Of a DNA stretch of 42,792 bases, positions 6,650 to 14,754 are shown in pieces. Positions within the stretch are counted from its first letter, which is position 1, and the number at the start of each line of letters is the position of its first letter. The notes under the pieces were generated by a model that saw only the letters and a list, made by a program, of their open reading frames with translations, made no database searches and was not told the origin of the DNA. The DNA lies in IMG/VR virus record IMGVR_UViG_3300002461_000026, positions 1-42,792 of that record. The stretch is one strand, 5' to 3'. Position numbers and translations under genes: made by a program. This DNA comes from a virus.

Positions 6650-7737
6650 ACAATGCTCCAGACTGACCCAGCGGGCACCGTGACGGTGATGCCGGGATTG
6701 ATTGTGATGGGGCCTGCCGACATGGCGTGCTTACCGGATGTGATCGTGTAGTTCGCCGTCACCGCTTGGTCGTTCTCGTGGAACACTGCGTTCCCGGGGG
6801 CACCAGTGGCACCGCCGCCCATGGGGACCCACGCGGTGCCGTTGAACCACTCCATGATGTTCAGCGTGGAGTTAGCACGCTGATCACCGTACACAGGAGC
6901 AACAGGGCGTTGCCCGGTCGTGCCAGCAGGCATGGCCGCAGCACCCGTGGCGCTGGTCTTGGTGACGAGCGTCAGGCGCTTCGTGGCGTCGGACGTGTTA
7001 TCCACGTCACCGAGACCAACAGTGGCCTTCGTGATGTCGAAGAATGCGAGGTTGTAGTCGGTCCCGTCAACCTTGCGCAGCATCTGGCCGGTGCTACCAC
7101 CAGCGGGGACGCCGGGGCCGGTAGCCCCACGCGGAAGCTGGAAGTTCAGCGACTGCCCACCAGCAGCGCCAACGATCTCAACAGCAGCGGGCGTGCCCGG
7201 TGCGCCAGTCGTGACGGTGCCGATCCCAAGGCGCGAGGCGGCAGCCGCGGCGATGACGGACTGCGCAGCAGCAGCGGCAGAGGCCGCAGCGTCGGTCCGG
7301 TAGCTGCCGAGTTGGCCGACAGTCGCCGCGTCGGATGGATCAACACCGGCGCCAACCTCGGTGAGGCGGTTCCCGTGCATGTTGATCGGAACGAAGAAGT
7401 TACCAGAGAAGTTAGCCTCCGACGCCTCCTGCGCGATGTGTAGAACCTGCTTCAGGTCCTCGTCGAGGGTCCGATAGATGAACGCAGCGCCGAGCGAGAA
7501 CTCGTGCCGCAGTTTTGAAATGTTAGTGGTGCGCTTGACGAGCACTCGCACTCCACTAGCCACCGCAGGCGAGAACGTGATCTTCTTCTCGGTGTTCCCC
7601 ACCCACGCCCAGCTTGCGCTGGGTGCGGGGAGGGAATCGAAGAACACGCTGATCTCGTCGCGGGTGATGTAGTCGATACTCAGGTCAAGCAGCACCAGAG
7701 TGCCGTTAGATGTGACGCTCTGGGTGCTCAATGCCAT
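6646..7737 (-). CDS. Tail fibre protein
   Basis: 363 aa. The N-terminal about 140 aa look like the T7 gp17-type tail-attachment domain. The middle is Gly/Ala-rich (GATGPGVPAGGSTGQMLRKVDGTDYNLAF). AAGGAG upstream. Follows the internal virion proteins. Confidence 0.85.
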   Translation of the reverse strand: MALSTQSVTSNGTLVLLDLSIDYITRDEISVFFDSLPAPSASWAWVGNTEKKITFSPAVASGVRVLVKRTTNISKLRHEFSLGAAFIYRTLDEDLKQVLHIAQEASEANFSGNFFVPINMHGNRLTEVGAGVDPSDAATVGQLGSYRTDAAASAAAAAQSVIAAAAASRLGIGTVTTGAPGTPAAVEIVGAAGGQSLNFQLPRGATGPGVPAGGSTGQMLRKVDGTDYNLAFFDITKATVGLGDVDNTSDATKRLTLVTKTSATGAAAMPAGTTGQRPVAPVYGDQRANSTLNIMEWFNGTAWVPMGGGATGAPGNAVFHENDQAVTANYTITSGKHAMSAGPITINPGITVTVPAGSVWSIV

Positions 7738-7739
7738 GT

Positions 7740-10700
7740 TTACTCCTTTACCATGTTTGCAACTCCACGCACAAAGGGCATGGCTGATACGACTGGGAAC
7801 ATCGTAAGTGCGGCGTTACCCACCGCTCCCGGGTCCATGTGCAGGCCACCTTGAACCAGCTTCACACCCCGGTCAACGGGGATAAGGGCGGGTGCCCCTA
7901 CGCTATTCGATTCGCCGGTGGCCCACTTCAGTGGCTCACTGAACAGGCCGAGCCCGCCCATCTGTCCGATGGACTTCTTGACGAGCGCCTCAGCATCCAG
8001 CAGGCCTTCGCCTTTGATCACACTCTGTGCCTGAACTGCCGCCATTGCGAGCGGGAACTGATACAGCATGATGAGGCCAACGGCGCTCGAACCTTCGCGG
8101 GCCAATTCACCGGAGAGTTTCTTGTTGTGCGCAACCAGCACGAACGTGCGGTACGTGAACACGAACTTACCCACCGGATCAAATGCAGCGAATGCTGGCA
8201 TGTCGCCGAGCCTGCCCTTGAGGACGGATGAATCCATCATCTTCGACACACCGGGGCGCACCTGCGCCCACACATCATCGGACCACTTATCGACGTTGAA
8301 GCCGTGAGCCTTAATCTCTGCGGCCAGCTTGTCCATTACGGGCGACTCTATACCGTACCGTTGCATCGCGGCGCGGGCCTTTGCATCACCCTTCGCGGCC
8401 ATATCCAGCCGGTCTAGGATCAGGTTGCCCACTAGCTTCGCTTGGTGGTGGTGCACGTACTTCATGCCGTTCGCAAACGGCACTGCGTTGCCCCACGATT
8501 GCGCGGATAGATTCAGGGCGCTCGTGCTGTCCATGTCGTAGCCGTCCTCGTAGCGCGACAGGTACGGGCGCAGCCGCAGGGACTGCACGCTCCAGTCAGA
8601 CAGCACCGTGTTCAGCGAGTTCGCTGTGGGCGCATCCGGCTTCAGAAGCTGCTTGAACCCGGGGAACTCCCGGATCGCAACAGCCAGCGTCTTGCGCAGG
8701 CCGTACTTCGCCATGATGTTCGCGTACTCAGTCGCCTGCCACAGGCCTGACCACGGGAGCGAGATCGTGCGACCGTACTGCTGAAGCAGCCGGAAGTTCT
8801 CGTTCATCTTCGCCCCGCTCGGTGCGCCTCGGTAGTAGTCCATCGTGTTGTCGAACAAGTCCTTCGCCGCCTCACGCTGCGCGACCGGGGTGTCACGCAG
8901 CAGGTCCTCGCGGAGCTTCATGATGTCGGTGCGCTTCGGTAGGCCGCTGCGGGCAAACGCCGCCGATGTGGCGACCTGCTTGTTGTACTGATCCACGATG
9001 CTCGACACGTTCGAGTCGATCAGGTCCATGATGCTGATGTTCTCGTCGCCTACGCGCAGGGTTGCTCGGTAGTCCAAGTCCATGCGGCGCTTCAGCAGGC
9101 CCTGCTTACCAGCCTCATCCGTCTCGACGCGGAGCACATCCATCGCACGCTCCACATCCTCGGGACTCATGCCGCTGCTCTTGAGCACATCGCGCATCTC
9201 GCCCATCGCCTTGTCGCCAGCGCCGTTGAATGCGCCGTCCTCGAAGTACCCCTTGCGGAGCGAGCGGTTCACGATGGCCCCGCCGATCTGGTCGGCTACC
9301 TCCGCATCCATCGTCGAGTTCGCACGGCGCAGACTCAAGGCCACGAGGCTAGTCACACGGGCCGTCGCAGCTTCGCGGGTCAGCCCACGCGCCTCTAGGC
9401 GGTCGAGCACGTTGTCGATAGCTTGGCTGCTCCACTTGCGGTTCAGGTAGCCTGCACGCTCCAGCAGTTCCTCGGCACCCTCGACACCTGCGGCCTTCAT
9501 CTCGGCTAGTGCCTTCTTGTGCATGCGGTCCAGCGCGTCGGCCATCTTGGTGATAGGCGTCGGCGGTACGGCTGCGTCAACCGACGTCGCACCGTTGCGG
9601 CTGAGTTGGTCACGGCGGAACAGTTCTCGCTGCACCTCGCGCTCGATGCTACGCTGCGTGGCGTGTGCCTCACGGCTCGTCAGCGGATTCGCCATACGCA
9701 GCCAGCCTGCACCGCGCTCGGCCATGTGTGCCCGCAGCAGGTCCTCGTACTCGACTTGGCCCTGACGCAGCCCGTGCAGGATCGCTTCGCGGTGCGCCTC
9801 CACACTGGTGCGTGAGAGGTCGCTGTTGTTGTCGTACAGCAGGTCGGCCACACGCTTGCCCGCTTCGCCGTAGCTGCCCATGGTCTTGCGCATGTTCCAC
9901 TGCAAGGTCTCACCCCAGCCGCGTGACTTCGCGTCAGCGTTCAGGGCGGTCTCCACAGCCTCGGCAACCTCGGCGGGTGCGTGCTGGGCGGTGGGGTGCA
10001 GCGGCGACTGCGGACGCTCCGTCAGCAGGGTGCGGGTCCCATCCGTGTTCAGCTTGTACCGGGGCTTGATGGAGTCCTCCACAGCCCGCGTGATGTTGTT
10101 CAACTGCTCGGCGGGGAATGTCGGATCACGTGGTACCATGGCACCGTTGCGGAAGAACACACCACCGGCTGCGCCAGCCATCAGCATGGACAGGCCGATG
10201 GTCTGGTCGCTCGTAGGCCCCTCACCAGCGGCTGTAACACCACCGGCAATACCTGCGGATGTGCCGGCACTTACAGCACGCCCAGCGGGGCCTGCAAGGC
10301 CTCCTACGCGGATGGCTGGAGGGATAGCAAGCCACACCGGGTCCCCGAAGGACGCGATGAATGCCCCGACAGGGTGGTCGCCCATCACCTCCACCGCCTG
10401 CCGCTGGTCCTTGATGGTCTGGATAGCGTAAGCTGCGGACTTGTCCCCGGTCATCACGCTGTTGGCGAATTCCAGCTCGTCCTCGGTCAAGGCCATCGGC
10501 ACTTGCGACAGGTACTCGGCCCGTTCAGCCGGGCCGAACTTAATCTCGTCGTCGAAGCTGGGCCGTGCGATACGGTCCACCAACTTCGTCGCAGACCACT
10601 GCGACACCGCAGCGCCCATGCTCTCCAGCAAGGAGGCATCGGGGCGTGCGAGTCGCGCATCGCGGGCAGCACGGGCTTCAGCGAAGCCCGGCTGGTCCCG

Positions 10701-10838
10701 CAGCACAAAGTCGTTGATGGGAACTTCTGGGCCATCGGGGATCACTGCTGCACCGCCCGCCAGCGCGGGCTCGGTGTTGTTGGGCACCGGCACCCGCTCG
10801 TAGCCGTAAGGGCCGTCGATGACTGTACGTTCTACCAT
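7740..10838 (-). CDS. Internal virion (ejection) protein C, T7 gp16 position
   Basis: 1032 aa, the largest gene. AAGGAG lies 7 nt upstream. It is third in the run of internal virion protein genes after tail tubular B. Called from size and synteny. Confidence 0.85.
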   Translation of the reverse strand: MVERTVIDGPYGYERVPVPNNTEPALAGGAAVIPDGPEVPINDFVLRDQPGFAEARAARDARLARPDASLLESMGAAVSQWSATKLVDRIARPSFDDEIKFGPAERAEYLSQVPMALTEDELEFANSVMTGDKSAAYAIQTIKDQRQAVEVMGDHPVGAFIASFGDPVWLAIPPAIRVGGLAGPAGRAVSAGTSAGIAGGVTAAGEGPTSDQTIGLSMLMAGAAGGVFFRNGAMVPRDPTFPAEQLNNITRAVEDSIKPRYKLNTDGTRTLLTERPQSPLHPTAQHAPAEVAEAVETALNADAKSRGWGETLQWNMRKTMGSYGEAGKRVADLLYDNNSDLSRTSVEAHREAILHGLRQGQVEYEDLLRAHMAERGAGWLRMANPLTSREAHATQRSIEREVQRELFRRDQLSRNGATSVDAAVPPTPITKMADALDRMHKKALAEMKAAGVEGAEELLERAGYLNRKWSSQAIDNVLDRLEARGLTREAATARVTSLVALSLRRANSTMDAEVADQIGGAIVNRSLRKGYFEDGAFNGAGDKAMGEMRDVLKSSGMSPEDVERAMDVLRVETDEAGKQGLLKRRMDLDYRATLRVGDENISIMDLIDSNVSSIVDQYNKQVATSAAFARSGLPKRTDIMKLREDLLRDTPVAQREAAKDLFDNTMDYYRGAPSGAKMNENFRLLQQYGRTISLPWSGLWQATEYANIMAKYGLRKTLAVAIREFPGFKQLLKPDAPTANSLNTVLSDWSVQSLRLRPYLSRYEDGYDMDSTSALNLSAQSWGNAVPFANGMKYVHHHQAKLVGNLILDRLDMAAKGDAKARAAMQRYGIESPVMDKLAAEIKAHGFNVDKWSDDVWAQVRPGVSKMMDSSVLKGRLGDMPAFAAFDPVGKFVFTYRTFVLVAHNKKLSGELAREGSSAVGLIMLYQFPLAMAAVQAQSVIKGEGLLDAEALVKKSIGQMGGLGLFSEPLKWATGESNSVGAPALIPVDRGVKLVQGGLHMDPGAVGNAALTMFPVVSAMPFVRGVANMVKE

Positions 10839-10842
10839 TGAA

Positions 10843-13656
10843 TTACTCCTTTGTGGTTCGCTCGATCATATCGAGATAAGCCTTCTGGCGTCGTGTGACG
10901 ACCGAAGGGTTCTTGGGGTCTCGGCTCCAGCGCCATGCAGCGGTACGCTTGAACGCCTCTTGTGCTGCCTGCGAATTACGCGAGGCCAGCGCCAGTGCGA
11001 ACTTGCGGTACGCTTCGCCGGTGCTGTTCCGTTGCGACAGGAACGCGGTGCCTGACTGATACGCGAGTTCCGACATCAGCATGAAGCCTGACTTGTTGAA
11101 CACGCCTACGTTGCGGGCCTCACGTGCCCCGGCCTCAGCGGCGTCGTTCGACGCTTCGATGAACGCGCGTTGGATCGCATGGTCCGGTACACGACCATCA
11201 GGCCCGACTTCCTTCGGGAAGTGCGGGTTGTGAGACGACACGCCTACACCCACGGTGCGAATGCGGTTCCCATCCTTGTCCAGCTTCCCGGACAGGTCGT
11301 CGTACGCAACACCGCGCACACCCTCATGGTTCACGAGGTTCGTGCGGTAGTCGAACATCCAGTCGTACTCCACGCCTGCTGAGTTGCGGCCTGAGTAGTT
11401 CAGCGTGACCCCATCGGCCTTCACCGTCCTGCCCTTGCCCATGCGCTCATCGGCCTGCTTCAGGTTGCGCTCTTGCAGGCGCATCACCCCTGCCTTGATC
11501 TCGCTCGGGGCCAGCAGCGTCTCGCGGATACGCACGCCGGTCTTGTCCCGCTCGGTAGCCAGCAGGCCTGCACCTTCGCTGTACTTGATCTCCCAGCGGC
11601 TCCCGGCCTTACTCTCAGGCAGGATGCTCTCGATGCTCTTACCGACGAGGCTCTGCATCGCGGCAGGCACTCCGAACAGGGCTTGCGTGTCCGTGTTGCG
11701 CGGCAAGAACACCGGGCCGTGCTTCGTCTGCACCGTGCGGGCCATGAGGCCCCCCCGGGCCGTGTTCAGCACTTCGCCGGACTTCGCACCCGGGTGCGTC
11801 AGCATGACATGGCTTGCCTCGGCGGACAGTTCCTGCTGCACGGCGTTCGTGTAGAAGCGCACGGTAGCGTCATCGTCGTCCCAGTTGCGGCCAAGCGCGT
11901 CGAACGATCCCTCGGCCCCGATGTACGTCTTAGGCCGCAGATCGGCCAGCCCGTCGCCGAGTCCCACCAGCGACTTTACACCGTTCCAGAACGTGCCCAG
12001 CAGGCCAATCGGCTCGATGGTTGCAATCTGGGTGCTCACTTCGCTGGCCTGCGTGGCGGATGCCGCCGCACGCAGTGCGGGGGTCATCTGGGCTTCCTTC
12101 GTCTCAAGGTCCTTCGCACGCAGTGCTGCGTCGTCGAACGACATCGGGCTGCTGCCAGAGGTCATGGCGAAGATGCGCTCGGCGTACATGCGGTCGGCCT
12201 CGTTCAAGCCGGACAGCAGGTGCGACCGGGTGTTCGCGTGCCCGTTCGCCTCGGCCTGCCGCAGGGCGGCGTTCACGGCCTTGAAGGTCTCCAAGTGCTG
12301 CGGGAGCACCGTACCGTCAGGCTGGCGAATCTGGCGCAGTGCCACACCAAGCTGCTCACCGGCCTTCTTGAAGCCGCCCTCCATGCCCTGCACGCCTGCC
12401 GTGAGCCACGTGCTCAGACGCTTCTCTGGGCTGAAGCCGTTCCGTGCCATGGTGGCCTCCAGTGCCTCCACACCTTCAGCGACAGTGCCGCCTGAGCCGA
12501 GTATGGCCTGAAGGTCTCCACGTAGGTACGCCTCGGCCAGCCCGCCCTGCTTGGCGCGTTTGTACTGCCCGTCGAGGAACTTGGCGATGAGGCTCTGCCG
12601 CTTCTCACCTGTGATGCTCTTGTGCAGCACCATCGGGTCGAGCACGCTTGTGAGGTGCGCGTAGTCCCCTTGGTATGCCCCGTTGTCTATCTGTGTTTCA
12701 AGGTCTGCGACTTGTGCGTGCCGGTGCAGGTTCCGCTGGTCCTTCGTGCGGGCCATGGACTCCCGGTACGCATTGGACAGCTTGGTACGCTCCTCACCAT
12801 CCAAGCGGCTGAGCATCGTGCTCATGCCACCCTTACCGTCAGGGACCTCGTTGTTCGCGATGTAGTCGTACAGCGGCACGATGTCATCCGCGAGTGCACG
12901 CTGCGTGGCCTCAACAGTCAGTTGGCGCTTCACGTCCTCAGGCAGGCTCGGGTCAAGCCAGATACTGCCCACCATGGTTCCAACGGTGCCCCGGATGCGC
13001 TCGGCCAATGCGTCCGGGGTGATCTCCGAGTTCGGCAGCGAGCTAAGCAGCACCGCAGACTGAAGGCCCCGGATGCTCGTGTCGAATTGCGAGGTGATCG
13101 CCTGCGCCTTCTTCTCGATGATGAATTTCGTGTGCTCGCTCGTGTGCATCTTGATCGCCGCACGCTCCTGCAACAGCAACTGCCCGGCGGAAGTGGCACG
13201 CGCCTCCCGGCTCATGCTGTTCATCCCGGGGAGGAACTTCGCACGGCGCTTCGCGAGGTAACGCTGCATCTCCTCGGGGGACTTCTCGCGCAGGGACATC
13301 ATGTCCACCGCGAGGGTCGCCTCCATGTCGGACAGCGCGAGCTTGCCCATGGTGTCCCGGTAGCCTGCGAGCTTCCAGTCGCGGGTCAGCGGGTTGCCCT
13401 GCAACTCGTCCTCGGACTCAACCTGCCCAGCGGCAGCTTGCCCTTCTAGGTACAGGTTGCTGTACTCGATGTCGGCCATCTGGTTCAACACCTTCGAGCC
13501 CACGCCCGCGATGTCCTCCAGCAGCCGGTCCCGCCACGAGTCGTCGCCAACGGCGATGGGCTTTACGCGGGTGTCGGCCTGAGCCACATCGCGCTGCTCC
13601 ACCGTGCGGCGGTCTTGCACGTTGAACTCAGGTGCCTGATAATTCCGTGTCACCAT
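10843..13656 (-). CDS. Internal virion protein B with C-terminal lysozyme-like domain
   Basis: 937 aa. The C-terminal NHEGVRGVAYDDLSG...RTVGVGV resembles the E-D-T lysozyme signature, as in phiKMV-type gp36. AAGGAG upstream. Confidence 0.85.
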   Translation of the reverse strand: MVTRNYQAPEFNVQDRRTVEQRDVAQADTRVKPIAVGDDSWRDRLLEDIAGVGSKVLNQMADIEYSNLYLEGQAAAGQVESEDELQGNPLTRDWKLAGYRDTMGKLALSDMEATLAVDMMSLREKSPEEMQRYLAKRRAKFLPGMNSMSREARATSAGQLLLQERAAIKMHTSEHTKFIIEKKAQAITSQFDTSIRGLQSAVLLSSLPNSEITPDALAERIRGTVGTMVGSIWLDPSLPEDVKRQLTVEATQRALADDIVPLYDYIANNEVPDGKGGMSTMLSRLDGEERTKLSNAYRESMARTKDQRNLHRHAQVADLETQIDNGAYQGDYAHLTSVLDPMVLHKSITGEKRQSLIAKFLDGQYKRAKQGGLAEAYLRGDLQAILGSGGTVAEGVEALEATMARNGFSPEKRLSTWLTAGVQGMEGGFKKAGEQLGVALRQIRQPDGTVLPQHLETFKAVNAALRQAEANGHANTRSHLLSGLNEADRMYAERIFAMTSGSSPMSFDDAALRAKDLETKEAQMTPALRAAASATQASEVSTQIATIEPIGLLGTFWNGVKSLVGLGDGLADLRPKTYIGAEGSFDALGRNWDDDDATVRFYTNAVQQELSAEASHVMLTHPGAKSGEVLNTARGGLMARTVQTKHGPVFLPRNTDTQALFGVPAAMQSLVGKSIESILPESKAGSRWEIKYSEGAGLLATERDKTGVRIRETLLAPSEIKAGVMRLQERNLKQADERMGKGRTVKADGVTLNYSGRNSAGVEYDWMFDYRTNLVNHEGVRGVAYDDLSGKLDKDGNRIRTVGVGVSSHNPHFPKEVGPDGRVPDHAIQRAFIEASNDAAEAGAREARNVGVFNKSGFMLMSELAYQSGTAFLSQRNSTGEAYRKFALALASRNSQAAQEAFKRTAAWRWSRDPKNPSVVTRRQKAYLDMIERTTKE

Positions 13657-13665
13657 AGGTGCTCC

Positions 13666-14325
13666 TTAAAATTTGGATCGCTGGGTACCGTACCGCAGGC
13701 CGAGCCCGGCTGGGCTGGATAGGCTGATGCCGCCACCTGTGCCGCCACCGGCCCGGGGGCCTAGGCCTAGGGACATCTTACGCGAGGCGTACTGCCCCGC
13801 GAACTGCGCCCCGGCCCCTAGGATGGCACCGCCCACGATGCTGCCCATGCTTGGGCCGTTGTACGTGTTCGGGTTGACGTTCGGGGTGCTCTCGTTGGTG
13901 TTCAACACCATCATCTGCAAGTCCCGGTTGTAGTTCTCGACCGAGTTCTCGTACTGTTCTTCAGTCATGTCGAGCGCGGTCTGGGCCTTCATGTCGATGT
14001 CAGCGGACACAGCGTCCACACTGGCACCTACACTGCCACTGGCGGCGGTGTTCGCATCTGCGTCCCCCTTCGCCATCAGCCGGGCTGCGCTGATGTCTGC
14101 ACCCTGCTGGGTCAACTGCCGCTTCTGCATGGCAAGCTGCATCTGCCCAAGGGCCGTGCTGTACGAGTTACGGATCGTCTGGTTCAGACGCTCCTTCGTG
14201 ATGGCCTTACCCTCGGCGAGGCTGACTGCGTTAGCGGTACGCTGCCCTGAGCGGGCGGCACTCGCGCTGCTCGCGACGGTCCCTACCGCCGAGATGGCGG
14301 CTGCTCCTGCTGCAAACCATGTCAT
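13666..14325 (-). CDS. Internal virion protein A
   Basis: 219 aa, with an Ala/Gly/Ser-rich hydrophobic N-terminus (MTWFAAGAAAISAVGTVASSASA) and a Gly-rich C-terminus. Called from synteny with the T7 gp14 / phiKMV gp35 slot. Confidence 0.8.
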   Translation of the reverse strand: MTWFAAGAAAISAVGTVASSASAARSGQRTANAVSLAEGKAITKERLNQTIRNSYSTALGQMQLAMQKRQLTQQGADISAARLMAKGDADANTAASGSVGASVDAVSADIDMKAQTALDMTEEQYENSVENYNRDLQMMVLNTNESTPNVNPNTYNGPSMGSIVGGAILGAGAQFAGQYASRKMSLGLGPRAGGGTGGGISLSSPAGLGLRYGTQRSKF

Positions 14326-14753
14326 AGTGGCTCCTTAAAATCTGTTGCAATGACCTCGGCCTCTATCTCGGCGAGGCACGTCTTGTCGGTCACATGCACC
14401 GTGGTCCACACGGTATCTTCGATGGCGAACACCGCACGCTTCGTCCCCGGTGTGGAGACGAACGTGTACGGAGCCCGCAGTGTGAGAACACCTTCGTTCT
14501 CAGTGAACACGACCACACACCCCGCCGATATGACGTTGATGTGCGCGTGCTTGTGAATCTTGCCCACGACGCGGATGCCTTTCGGCAGCAGCATCTCACG
14601 GGCGTAGGAGCCCGGGGCGAAGTGGTGCAGCACTGGGCATGATTCCGGGGGCAAGCTGCCCGCCTCGATCATGGCCCCCTCCAGTCCGACGATAGCCTCA
14701 CGGCGCTCGCTCGGTGTAGTCAGCGCATGCAGCGCACTAAGCTCCAGTTCCAT
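14322..14753 (-). CDS. Cupin/jelly-roll-like protein inside the virion module
   Basis: 143 aa. GAGGA upstream and an ATGA overlap with the next gene. Beta-rich, with HHFAPGSYAREMLLPKGIRVVGKIHKHAHINVISAG. Fold assignment is by eye only. Confidence 0.8.
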   Translation of the reverse strand: MELELSALHALTTPSERREAIVGLEGAMIEAGSLPPESCPVLHHFAPGSYAREMLLPKGIRVVGKIHKHAHINVISAGCVVVFTENEGVLTLRAPYTFVSTPGTKRAVFAIEDTVWTTVHVTDKTCLAEIEAEVIATDFKEPL

Positions 14754-14754
14754 A

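Noticed and set aside
5582-7737. Diversity-generating retroelement or invertible shufflon acting on the tail fibre paralogs.
   Set aside because: No reverse transcriptase, template repeat, invertase or inverted crossover sites are present. The paralogs differ by scattered synonymous and non-synonymous changes rather than adenine-specific mutagenesis.
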